Shown one piece after another: positions 18,796 through 28,542 of a stretch of DNA of 46,481 bases; the first letter of the stretch is position 1, and each line of letters opens with the position of its first letter. The position numbers and the translations under genes were made by a program. The notes under the pieces are model-generated. The model was not told where the DNA came from and did no database searches. It was given only the letters and a program-made list of their open reading frames with translations. The stretch lies in the IMG/VR virus record IMGVR_UViG_3300026105_000187, positions 1 through 46,481 of that record. One strand, 5' to 3'. The stretch comes from a virus (lineage: Duplodnaviria; Caudoviricetes).

Positions 18796-19690
18796 AATCC
18801 GTGTTGTTGAACAGGATATTGTATTTTTATCTTACGACGAACCTAATGCCGAAAAGAATTACACAGACCTATGCCAAAAAATACCATGGGCTAAGAGGGT
18901 ACACGGAGTAAAAGGTTCAGATGCTGCTCATAAAGCCTGTGCTGACCTTTCGGATACAGAGCATTTTATAACTGTAGACGGTGATAACATTGTTAACCCA
19001 GAATTTCTAAATGTAGAAATTGATCTTGAGGAATTAGGGGTTACTCCGAATCATGTATTTTCGTGGTGTGGCAAAGTTCATGTGAATGGACTAAAATACG
19101 GCAACGGCGGCTTAAAATTATGGACAAAGGACTTTGTAAAAAACATGCAAACGCATGAAAATGCCAAAGATAATGATCCAAGGTCATTGATTGAATTTTG
19201 CTATGATACCAATTACTATCATCTTAACGAAAATTACTCTACTTCTTATACTAATGCAAGTGCGTTTCAGGCTTGGCGAGCAGGCTTTAGAGAAGGGGTA
19301 AAAATGAGTCTTAATCAAGGTGAAAAGGTTACAAATATTAACTCGATTTGGTGGCAAAATCTAGAAAGACTTAAAATTTGGTGTTCTGTTGGCGCAGACG
19401 TAGAAAATGGTTTGTGGAGTTTGTATGGAGCAAGAGAAGGCTGTTATATGACGAATTGCACAGACTGGGATTACGTGCAGGTAAGAGATTTTGAATATCT
19501 TACAGAATATTGGAATAAAAATTACAGTAACTATGCAGAAAATGATCTAGTGTCCAAGATCGAAAGTTTAGGAGAATCACTTGCAAATGAATTAGCACTC
19601 GATGTTGCACTTTTAGACAAAGCAGGCAGTAAATTTTTTAAACAGGTATACCATAATTCAACAAGAATTCTAAAAAACAGGAAATCATGA
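18788..19690 (+). CDS. Putative GT2-like glycosyltransferase
   Basis: DIVFLSYDE...KRVHGVKG..AH...FITVDGD (DxD), YGNGGLKL and AWRAGFRE. ATG 18788 is preferred over TTG 18713. Confidence 0.6.
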   Translation: MSKIRVVEQDIVFLSYDEPNAEKNYTDLCQKIPWAKRVHGVKGSDAAHKACADLSDTEHFITVDGDNIVNPEFLNVEIDLEELGVTPNHVFSWCGKVHVNGLKYGNGGLKLWTKDFVKNMQTHENAKDNDPRSLIEFCYDTNYYHLNENYSTSYTNASAFQAWRAGFREGVKMSLNQGEKVTNINSIWWQNLERLKIWCSVGADVENGLWSLYGAREGCYMTNCTDWDYVQVRDFEYLTEYWNKNYSNYAENDLVSKIESLGESLANELALDVALLDKAGSKFFKQVYHNSTRILKNRKS

Positions 19691-21048
19691 GCAACGAACA
19701 CGAAATTGAAAAACTCAAGGCAAAAAGAGAAATAATTAACAAGATTTCTCCTTCATTTTGTTCGGCAAAGTGGTTGCAGACTACGCTCTATTTGCAGAAC
19801 GGCTATAATCATTCATGCCATCATCCTGCTCCGCATAAAATACCTGTAGAAGAAGTAAAGGAAAACCCTGCTGCTCTACATAATTCTCAGTATAAAAAAC
19901 AACAAAGAAAAAAGATGCTAGAGGGCAAAAGGCCCAAAGAATGCTCCTATTGTTGGAAAATAGAAGACTTGCGCGAAGATCATTTTTCAGATAGACACTA
20001 TAAAACAGCAGACGAGTGGGCATGGCCTAGACTAGAAGAAGTCGCATCCTCTAAGCCAGACGACAATATCAATCCTGCGTACCTCGAAGTTAGTTTTTCG
20101 AATGTCTGCAATTTTAAATGTTCCTATTGCTCATCTGAAATAAGTTCTAAATGGCTGGAAGAAATTAAACAGCACGGAGAGTATGACACAAGCACTGCAT
20201 CTCACAATCTAGATTGGTTAAAAGAGTCCGGGCGTTTTCCTTACAAGCATAGAGAAGAAAATCCTTATGTAGAAGCGTTTTGGAAGTGGTTCCCAGAGAT
20301 TTTATCTGACTTGAAGGTATTTAGAATAACCGGAGGAGAGCCGCTACTTAGTAAAGATACCTGGAAAGTTCTTGATTACGTTGCAGAATCTGCGCCTAAT
20401 CCTATTGACATTGCAGTAAACACTAATCTCTGTGTAGACGATACGCTAATTGATAAATTGATTGAGAAATTTGAATATCTAGAAACCAAAGGTCACACCT
20501 GTCAGGTTTTTACCAGTTTAGAAAGCACTGCTGCAAAAGCAGAGTACAGTAGATTCGGACTAGACTACTACCAATGGTGTAAAAATGTAGAAAAGGTTCT
20601 AGAAACTAGCAATCTCAGTGTGGTTGTAATGACTACAGTTAATATTCTAAGTATTACAGATTTCAACAGGTTTATAGATCTCATAATGGGGTTTAGGATA
20701 AAGTATAATCTTGATTCTGCAAATAATCGTATTCCTATTTCCGTAAATCAAATGCACTGGCCGCCCTATCTCAGTATTGCTCTTTTACCAGACCACCTTA
20801 AACATAAGTACCACGACGAAATAAAAAATCACTGTGAAAGTTGGTTAAAGTATCACAATAACGAAAAACACGCTCGGCTATATCTAGAAGAGTGGGATCA
20901 AATACAGAGACTATGCGAGTCTATGCTGTCTTCAACAGCAACACATCAAAATTATTCTGATTTTCGCAACTATATTGTCGAATACGACAAAAGACGAAGC
21001 ACAAATTTTAAAAACACATTTCCTGAATTAGAGGATCTATTAGGTTAG
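19687..21048 (+). CDS. Radical SAM protein with N-terminal twitch domain
   Basis: CSAKW...SCHH...CSYC precedes CNFKCSYC (CxxxCxxC) and ITGGEP. Confidence 0.9.
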   Translation: MSNEHEIEKLKAKREIINKISPSFCSAKWLQTTLYLQNGYNHSCHHPAPHKIPVEEVKENPAALHNSQYKKQQRKKMLEGKRPKECSYCWKIEDLREDHFSDRHYKTADEWAWPRLEEVASSKPDDNINPAYLEVSFSNVCNFKCSYCSSEISSKWLEEIKQHGEYDTSTASHNLDWLKESGRFPYKHREENPYVEAFWKWFPEILSDLKVFRITGGEPLLSKDTWKVLDYVAESAPNPIDIAVNTNLCVDDTLIDKLIEKFEYLETKGHTCQVFTSLESTAAKAEYSRFGLDYYQWCKNVEKVLETSNLSVVVMTTVNILSITDFNRFIDLIMGFRIKYNLDSANNRIPISVNQMHWPPYLSIALLPDHLKHKYHDEIKNHCESWLKYHNNEKHARLYLEEWDQIQRLCESMLSSTATHQNYSDFRNYIVEYDKRRSTNFKNTFPELEDLLG

Positions 21049-21049
21049 T

Positions 21050-22558
21050 ATGCCAAAAAACAAAGACGAATCACTAATACAGTATAGAGATAGAATTATC
21101 AATCCAATAAGCACGAGTTTTTGTGCTGCAAAATGGTATAATGCTACTATTTGGTTAGGAAGTGGTACTACTGCAAGTTGCCATCACCCGCCTGCTCATC
21201 AAATTCCTCTGTCCGAAGTAAAACAGAGTTTTAAGGCAATTCATAATACCAAACATAAAAAACTCATGCGTAAGATGATGTTAAACGGTGAGCGTCCAAA
21301 AGAATGTGAATACTGCTGGAAGATGGAAGACATTTCCAAAGACACTGTTAGCGATAGAATTTTTAAAACCATAATATACAAAGACGACGAAGTAAATGAA
21401 CTTGCAAAAGTAGATTACACAGAAGACGTTGATCTAAAAACTCTTGAAATATCATTTGACAGAGTTTGCAATCTTGCTTGCTCATATTGTAACGCTAGTT
21501 TTTCAACAACTTGGGCTAAGGATATCAAAAAGAACGGAGCCTATCAAAATCTTGTTTCTGACGGCGCAGGCGCGTTTCAGCAAGACGGATCATGGACAGA
21601 ACCATATAAATCTGACGAGGATAATCCCTATATTCAAGCATTCTGGGAATGGTGGGAAGACAGTCTGTCTCAGAGTCTAGATGAACTGCGTATCACAGGT
21701 GGTGAACCTCTCATGAGCGGTAACACCTGGCGACTTTTCGATTGGTTTACTGAACAAGAATCTGACATGAGATTTGCGATTAACAGTAATCTAATTGCAA
21801 AACCAGAATTTATTGATAGGCTGATAGAAAAAACAAAAAATATCAAGAAGTTTGAAATCTACACTAGTTGTGAAGCAGTTGGAGAACAGGCTGAATACAT
21901 AAGAGACGGTCTTGATTATGCATTATGGAAAAGCAACATGATCAAAATCATGCAAGAAGGAAACGTGCATGGCATGCACATCATGATGACCATTAACAGT
22001 TTGTGCCTCTTTAGTATAACCGAGTTTTTTGATGAGATGTATGCTCTCAAAGAACAATTTGAAGATAAAAAACCGCCTACGATGAGCGTAAACCTGCTGA
22101 GATTTCCAAGTTTTCAATCTCCTTTAGCATTGCCGGACCATATCAAACTCTATCTCAAAGAAAAACTAGAAACTTGGTATGAAAGTTCTAAACATAAACC
22201 TCTTTGGCATGAATTTGAAAAGTCCAGTATTGAAAGATTGATAGATTATCTTGATGTAGTAGATGCTCCGCATAGAAGAACTTCTAACAAAATTACTCTT
22301 TGGAGAGATTTTAAAAGTTATTATAAGCAGTACGATAAAAGAAGAGGTAAAAGCATCTCGGTATTTCCTAAAATACTTACTGACTGGATTGAACAACTTC
22401 CTGATACTGAATTACCAGAGTTTTCTAATCTTAAAAACGGAAATTCCACACAGCAATACGAACAGGATCGAGAACTGCAGAAATTAGCAGAGGAAGAAGG
22501 ATGGATACTTAATCCTGATCCAAAAAACATAGAAGGTCCATTAGAAAAGTATGACTGA
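21050..22558 (+). CDS. Radical SAM protein with N-terminal twitch domain (paralog of the previous gene)
   Basis: CAAKW...SCHH...CEYC, then CNLACSYC and ITGGEP. Confidence 0.9.
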   Translation: MPKNKDESLIQYRDRIINPISTSFCAAKWYNATIWLGSGTTASCHHPPAHQIPLSEVKQSFKAIHNTKHKKLMRKMMLNGERPKECEYCWKMEDISKDTVSDRIFKTIIYKDDEVNELAKVDYTEDVDLKTLEISFDRVCNLACSYCNASFSTTWAKDIKKNGAYQNLVSDGAGAFQQDGSWTEPYKSDEDNPYIQAFWEWWEDSLSQSLDELRITGGEPLMSGNTWRLFDWFTEQESDMRFAINSNLIAKPEFIDRLIEKTKNIKKFEIYTSCEAVGEQAEYIRDGLDYALWKSNMIKIMQEGNVHGMHIMMTINSLCLFSITEFFDEMYALKEQFEDKKPPTMSVNLLRFPSFQSPLALPDHIKLYLKEKLETWYESSKHKPLWHEFEKSSIERLIDYLDVVDAPHRRTSNKITLWRDFKSYYKQYDKRRGKSISVFPKILTDWIEQLPDTELPEFSNLKNGNSTQQYEQDRELQKLAEEEGWILNPDPKNIEGPLEKYD

Positions 22559-23768
22559 AAAGGATAATTTTTGCATAGCCCCTTGGATTCATCTGCATAC
22601 ATGGCCAAATGGTAACGTGTATCCTTGTTGCATGACACCAATGGAAGAACCTATTGCAGATTTAACTAAGACGTCTCTGAAAGACATTTGGAACTCGCAG
22701 CCAATGCGCAGTTTGCGAGTAAAGATGATGAATAACGAACGTGCTTATTCTTGTCGCCGCTGCTACGAACAGGAGGATGCCGGACAACCTTCAATGCGAC
22801 AAATGTTGAACCAATCGTATGCAAATCATCTTGACAAACAAAAAGAAACAGACGAAAACGGTTACTTTAAACAGTTTAATCTAGCATACTGGGATTTTAG
22901 ATTTTCTAATATCTGTAATTTTAGATGCAGAACTTGTGGCCCGCAACTGTCAACCGGATGGTACGAAGATACTAAAAAAATATGGGGATCTCTACCAAAT
23001 GATGTTCGTAAGATAGAAGCAAGTGAGATATCTTGGAAACAGATTGACGAATTATTTCCTGTTGTTGAAGAAATCTACTTTGCAGGCGGCGAACCTTTGC
23101 TAATGCAGGAACATTATGACATACTTGACCGTCTAGTAGAAGAAAAGCGATACGATGTTAGACTAAGATATAACACTAATTTTAGTAGACTACATTTTAA
23201 AAGTAAAAATGTAATAGATTATTGGAATAAGTTTGACAGCGTGTCAATTTTTGCCAGTCTTGACGGATCTCACAGCAAAGGAGAATATGTGAGAAAAGGG
23301 CTCAATTGGAACACAATTGAAAACAACTTTTCTCAAATTAATAATTTTGCAAAAAATGTAGATCTGCACATCAACTACACGCTTAGTGTAATGAACGCAT
23401 TTCATGTGACAGAATTTCACAGAGAAATGATCGAAAAGCAGCACATTGAACACGCAGACAAATTTAGATTAAATATTGTGCAGCATCCTCTGCATTTTAG
23501 ATTCCAAATACTACCGCAAGAGTATAAAGAAAAATTAAAAAAACATTATCAAAACTACATAGACGATTATTTGTCTAATCTTGTTGATGTAAAAGAATCT
23601 AGCATAGTTAATGATTTTAGATCAGCAATTGCTTTGTTGGAAAGTGAAGATTATTCTAGTCATTTACATGAGTTTATCGACCATACTAGACAACTAGATA
23701 GGTTACGAAAAGAAGATTTTACAGATATTTTTTCAGAATACCAGAGTCTGTTTGATGAATATAGTTAG
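22551..23768 (+). CDS. Radical SAM protein with N-terminal twitch domain
   Basis: CIAPW..GNVYPCC...CRRC, then CNFRCRTC and FAGGEP. Confidence 0.9.
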   Translation: MTEKDNFCIAPWIHLHTWPNGNVYPCCMTPMEEPIADLTKTSLKDIWNSQPMRSLRVKMMNNERAYSCRRCYEQEDAGQPSMRQMLNQSYANHLDKQKETDENGYFKQFNLAYWDFRFSNICNFRCRTCGPQLSTGWYEDTKKIWGSLPNDVRKIEASEISWKQIDELFPVVEEIYFAGGEPLLMQEHYDILDRLVEEKRYDVRLRYNTNFSRLHFKSKNVIDYWNKFDSVSIFASLDGSHSKGEYVRKGLNWNTIENNFSQINNFAKNVDLHINYTLSVMNAFHVTEFHREMIEKQHIEHADKFRLNIVQHPLHFRFQILPQEYKEKLKKHYQNYIDDYLSNLVDVKESSIVNDFRSAIALLESEDYSSHLHEFIDHTRQLDRLRKEDFTDIFSEYQSLFDEYS

Positions 23769-24522
23769 TATAGGCTGCAGTTGGACATATGGCCATGGAT
23801 TAGATAGCAGTGAAACATATTCTGCTCATCTTCAGAATGCCATTTCTCAAAAAAAAGTAATCAATGGAGGACACTCGGGGGCAGATAACGAATATTCTGT
23901 ATATGCAGGAACACGTCTTGTAGAAGAATATAACCCTGCAATATGTATCGTACAACTAACAACTTTTGATAGAATTACACTTGGCACAGACGGTTTTGAA
24001 AACTTTGAAAAAAATTCTTATTCTACAAATCAGCCAATATACTACGGAAAAAGTGAAAATACAGAGCATCTAAGAGTTATAGGAATAGGCGACACAGTTA
24101 AAACAAAGTTTACGCCAGGAAATTATCTAGCAGACAAGAATGAAAAAGAACAAATTCACAAACAATCTGGTGTATCAAATAATCCAAAAAAGTTTAATGA
24201 TTTTACATCGGTTCTTTATGAAGATATAGTTTTTAGCGATTTTCTTTTTCATAAAACAATCAATAGTCTATGGCTGTTTCACTGTTTCCTACAGTCAAAA
24301 AACATTAAACCATTATATTTTTCTTGGCTTGCTCTTCCTAGTGCATTTTACAGCACTGAGTACTATGAAAAAATAGCATCTAATTTTATTCATACTCCTG
24401 TTGTAGATTACCTCAGCAGCAAAAACGATATTTTTATAGATAATGGATATCATTTATCAAATACAGGTAACAAGATGCTAGCAGAAGAGATGTTATTACC
24501 TCGGATTAACGCATTATTATGA
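23755..24522 (+). CDS. SGNH/GDSL-like esterase or acyltransferase
   Basis: GCSWTYG (block I), NGGHSGADN (block II) and DNGYHL (block V). Confidence 0.65.
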   Translation: MNIVSIGCSWTYGHGLDSSETYSAHLQNAISQKKVINGGHSGADNEYSVYAGTRLVEEYNPAICIVQLTTFDRITLGTDGFENFEKNSYSTNQPIYYGKSENTEHLRVIGIGDTVKTKFTPGNYLADKNEKEQIHKQSGVSNNPKKFNDFTSVLYEDIVFSDFLFHKTINSLWLFHCFLQSKNIKPLYFSWLALPSAFYSTEYYEKIASNFIHTPVVDYLSSKNDIFIDNGYHLSNTGNKMLAEEMLLPRINALL

Positions 24523-25688
24523 ATGAAAAATGTATACTACCTTGGATTCATTTAGAAGCATCTGCTACTGGTATTGCAAAACCTTGCTGTCTCACAAAAG
24601 ATCCGATAATTATTAACGGAGTTCCTGCTACATTCGAAAAATATAGTATTTCTGAAATATGGAATTCTGATTATATGAATAATCTTAGAGAGCAATTCCT
24701 TAGAGGCGAAAAACCTGCAACCTGTTCGGCGTGTTGGGATCAGGAACGAATAGGAAAACAATCTAAAAGACAGCAAAGCAATGAACAATATTCTCACAGA
24801 CGTAAAAGATGGCAACAGCAGATTCAGCCTCCCACATATCTTGACCTAAAGTTAGGAACGGTATGCAATTTGAAATGTAGGTCTTGTTCTACACATAGCA
24901 GTTTTAAATGGGCTGAAGACGAAATACAATTATACGGCGAAACTTTTAATCAAGATTTAAAAAGTTACTGGATTCAAGACGAAAGTAAAGTTTGGAAAGA
25001 AATAGAAGAATTACTTCCAGAAATCGAATACATGGATTTCACCGGGGGCGAGCCTTTTCTAATCAAAAAACATTTTGATCTTCTAAAGAAATGCGTAGAA
25101 CTAGACTATGCAAAAAATATTGAACTTCACTACAACACAAATGGCACTGTTTTACCTAAAGAAGAAATATTCGAAGTATGGAGAAATTTTAAAAGTGTTG
25201 ATGTAATGTTTTCAATAGACGGGATAGAGGAAAAATTCGAATATCTTCGTTGTCCGGGTAAGTGGCATGAATTAACAAAAACTTGGGAAACTTTCCTTTC
25301 ATATTCTTTTATACACACTTCTATTTGCTATAGTGTTACAATTTTTAATGTAATGTATATGCAGGAATTTGTAGATTGGTTACAAACCTACAATATGAAT
25401 GAAGATAGAATTTATTTTAACATAATTTTTGACCCGAAATATCTAAATATTCAAAGCATGAGTCGAACTGCAAAAAAATCTATTGTTGACTACTACGAAA
25501 AGAATAGATTCTTTTCCAGTAAAAAAATAAAAGAAGTTCTTGATTTTATGAATGCAGATGATTTGGTGCTAGATAATCCAAACGAATTTTTTGAAAATAC
25601 CAAAAAGTTAGATCAAATAAGAAATGAGGATTTTGCACACACATTCCCCACACTAGCAGGAATACTTGACTATGAACACAGCAGGTAA
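24519..25688 (+). CDS. Radical SAM protein with N-terminal twitch domain
   Basis: CILPW...PCC...CSAC, then CNLKCRSC and FTGGEP. Confidence 0.9.
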   Translation: MNEKCILPWIHLEASATGIAKPCCLTKDPIIINGVPATFEKYSISEIWNSDYMNNLREQFLRGEKPATCSACWDQERIGKQSKRQQSNEQYSHRRKRWQQQIQPPTYLDLKLGTVCNLKCRSCSTHSSFKWAEDEIQLYGETFNQDLKSYWIQDESKVWKEIEELLPEIEYMDFTGGEPFLIKKHFDLLKKCVELDYAKNIELHYNTNGTVLPKEEIFEVWRNFKSVDVMFSIDGIEEKFEYLRCPGKWHELTKTWETFLSYSFIHTSICYSVTIFNVMYMQEFVDWLQTYNMNEDRIYFNIIFDPKYLNIQSMSRTAKKSIVDYYEKNRFFSSKKIKEVLDFMNADDLVLDNPNEFFENTKKLDQIRNEDFAHTFPTLAGILDYEHSR

Positions 25689-26679
25689 AGACTTTTTTAA
25701 TAGAGATTTTTTCAATAACCATATTGTAGCAATTGGCGAGTATCTCTTAGAAAATTTAAAATGGTACTCCGATATGCCTGATGCAGAAATGGATCACTAC
25801 CTAGCGCATAACATCATTCCTGATAACCTAAAAGAAAAGGCACAAAATATATTAAAAACTTTTGATGGGGAGTTTTTAACAATTCCTACTTTGGGAGAAA
25901 ACAAGGTAAAACACCATTACGAAAAAATTCTTTGGTTAATCCACGAGTATTGTTTACAGGGATGGAATAATCCTGTTAAGGCAATTAATCTATTAGATAA
26001 TAACGATCTAATAATTCATCCTGGGACTAATCGATGCGCAGCGGCTCAATTTCTTAGATGTCCGACTATGCCTGTTATGATAAATTTACACAGAACTCAA
26101 AATCTTGCACAAAATTTAGAGAACTTTGAGATAATTGACAATGAGAAAGATCTAAGGCAAAGCCTAAAAAGCAACGGCGATATTTTATGGAGGACAGAAA
26201 GCACAGAAAACTTGTACGTAAACGGAGTAAGACAGAAAAAACAAACATTCCAAGATTTTACATTTGAATTTACTCATCAAGATTCTTGGCCAGATTCTAA
26301 TCTTTTAAATGACTGGTGTAGTGTTGTAGAACAATTTCTTCCTCTGCAAATATTTGTTTCTGATAATGAGATTGCAAAGTCAATAGAACAAAACTGCTCA
26401 GGTATAGTAGGAAAAAGATTTCAAAATAGAAACAAAGGTAATTTTACAAATATTGATTACGAAATTAAACAAAGAAATCATAAAGTTAATTTGAACCTAC
26501 CATGGATAGAAATCAACAACCTTAGCAAAATTAATTTTAATATATTTGATTTACTGTTCCTTGTAAATCCGTATTATAAACAGATTTCTTCTTTGGATAA
26601 ATCTATTGTCATTAATAATCCTTACGGAACAATCGAAGACGTAGTACCTACTATACCGGATCATTATGTTCGATTCTAG
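25672..26679 (+). CDS. Hypothetical protein, possible ParB/Srx-like motif
   Basis: Coupled ORF. GWNNPV...LIIHPGTNRCAA..FL loosely resembles the ParB/Srx core; the function is uncertain. Confidence 0.55.
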   Translation: MNTAGKDFFNRDFFNNHIVAIGEYLLENLKWYSDMPDAEMDHYLAHNIIPDNLKEKAQNILKTFDGEFLTIPTLGENKVKHHYEKILWLIHEYCLQGWNNPVKAINLLDNNDLIIHPGTNRCAAAQFLRCPTMPVMINLHRTQNLAQNLENFEIIDNEKDLRQSLKSNGDILWRTESTENLYVNGVRQKKQTFQDFTFEFTHQDSWPDSNLLNDWCSVVEQFLPLQIFVSDNEIAKSIEQNCSGIVGKRFQNRNKGNFTNIDYEIKQRNHKVNLNLPWIEINNLSKINFNIFDLLFLVNPYYKQISSLDKSIVINNPYGTIEDVVPTIPDHYVRF

Positions 26680-27514
26680 AGATCATATTTCTTTCCGAAA
26701 TGAAAGATATACTAGCATAGATAAGACAAATCCTAGGCTACTAGGACTATCTACGATAGAAATTAATCCCACTGAGTTGTGTAATCGAACCTGTAGTTTC
26801 TGTCCAAGACACAATCCTACCGTTTATCCAAATAGAAATCTCAACATGACCGTGGAAACAGCAGAACTTCTAGTATCACAACTGCAAGAAGTCGAATACA
26901 CTGGCGACATACATATTACAGGATTTGGCGAGCCTACTCTAAATCCAAAGATTGTGAGTTTGATTGAGATTTTTTCTAGAAATTTTTATACAGAAATGAT
27001 TACAAATGGTGATAGATTGCTAAATGGATATTATTCTGTTTCTCAATTTACAAACGCAGGTCTAAGTAACCTTATTATAGATTGCTACGACGACAAAGCG
27101 CAGTACGAACAAGTATGTAGTTTAATGCAGGATTGCAAAATTTCATATAGAATTAGAGAGCACTATGATACTGGTGAAGAAAAAATTATAGAACTATATA
27201 ATTTCACAAATCGTGCAGGTCTAATGAATAAACAAACAAATTCAAATCCATGTTATCTACCTTTTTACAAAGTTTTTTTAGACTGGAACGGTGATGTAAG
27301 AATATGCTGTAACGATTGGGCGCGTAATCAAGAAAGTCTAGGTAATATTCACGAGCGAGATTTTGCAGATATCTGGATGAGCGAAAAGTTTATAGATATA
27401 AGGAAAAAATTAAGTAAAGGTGATAGAAATAAACTAGAAGCCTGTAAAGCCTGTAATATAAACGGAATTCAGCAGGGCAAGGACAGTGTGGACATATGGC
27501 AAAACCTCTTGTAA
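26666..27514 (+). CDS. Radical SAM protein with C-terminal twitch/SPASM domain
   Basis: CNRTCSFC and TGFGEP, then CYLPF..NGDVRICCND...LGNI...CKAC. Confidence 0.9.
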   Translation: MFDSRDHISFRNERYTSIDKTNPRLLGLSTIEINPTELCNRTCSFCPRHNPTVYPNRNLNMTVETAELLVSQLQEVEYTGDIHITGFGEPTLNPKIVSLIEIFSRNFYTEMITNGDRLLNGYYSVSQFTNAGLSNLIIDCYDDKAQYEQVCSLMQDCKISYRIREHYDTGEEKIIELYNFTNRAGLMNKQTNSNPCYLPFYKVFLDWNGDVRICCNDWARNQESLGNIHERDFADIWMSEKFIDIRKKLSKGDRNKLEACKACNINGIQQGKDSVDIWQNLL

Positions 27515-28542
27515 TTAGCACAAACGGTTTAAAGACAGATTTTAAAGAATGTCTGTCACCTAGACTGCTTGATATTTTAAAAAAGTATTATCAAGGCAAA
27601 GTTTTCATAAACGACAAAGTATCTGGCGCTTTAGATTTACAAATAATCGAACATGTGTGCTGTTTAGACACAAAATCTCAAATTAAATATAATCCAAGTC
27701 TGCCTTTGGTGGTGCATCACACAGAAGGCGACCCAAAGTATTTTCAAAATATAGAAGAAGTAGAAAAGCATGGCGTGTTCTTGCATAGTTCCTATGGACT
27801 AGAAAAGGGAAAGTTTTTTAGTTACTGGCAATACGATTACCTAAGGGCTATAGAAAATCTCAATATCAAAGTGAATAGACAGAACAATTTGGTTCCACGT
27901 TTCCTTTGTCTTAATGGTCGTCCTGACACTCATAGATATTTTGTGTTACAATATTTAAACGACATTGGTTATATTGACAACGGGTTAATTAGTTTTCTTA
28001 ATAGATACAATCAAATTGAAAATTTAATACCTTATAATAACTTTAAAAATCTTTATGAAGGTAGCACAGACTTTATCGACGAACTTGTTAAAAATAAAAA
28101 AGTTTTAGAATTAGATATAACAAATAACCAGTTACATAAAAATGATAGGAGCCATAATCCTGCAATCTATGAAAATACCAGTATAAGTTTGATAACAGAA
28201 ACATATGCAGACGAAAGACCAGGCTGTTTTATTACAGAAAAAAGTTGGAAACCAATTGCAAATATGCATTTTCCTATTTGGATTGCTCAAAAAGGCATAG
28301 TTTCTGCGTTTAGGCATATGGGGTATGATGTTTTTGATGATTTAATCAATCACGAATATGATACAATATCTAATTGTAAAGAAAGATGGAAAACTGCAGT
28401 GAATTCAATGTGTGCTTTTTTAGGAGAAGTTGAACACATGAACTTTCAAACACGGCAAAAACTAAACAACCGTTTATTAAATAATCAAAATAGATTTTTT
28501 ACAAAAAGAATAACACAGCAGGAAGTAGAAACTTGGCTATGA
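27496..28542 (+). CDS. Putative glycosyltransferase (TET/TEK family, GT10/GT47-like)
   Basis: FLCLNGRP..HR, ISLITET, FITEKSWKPI and GYDVFDDL...YD. Confidence 0.5.
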   Translation: MAKPLVISTNGLKTDFKECLSPRLLDILKKYYQGKVFINDKVSGALDLQIIEHVCCLDTKSQIKYNPSLPLVVHHTEGDPKYFQNIEEVEKHGVFLHSSYGLEKGKFFSYWQYDYLRAIENLNIKVNRQNNLVPRFLCLNGRPDTHRYFVLQYLNDIGYIDNGLISFLNRYNQIENLIPYNNFKNLYEGSTDFIDELVKNKKVLELDITNNQLHKNDRSHNPAIYENTSISLITETYADERPGCFITEKSWKPIANMHFPIWIAQKGIVSAFRHMGYDVFDDLINHEYDTISNCKERWKTAVNSMCAFLGEVEHMNFQTRQKLNNRLLNNQNRFFTKRITQQEVETWL

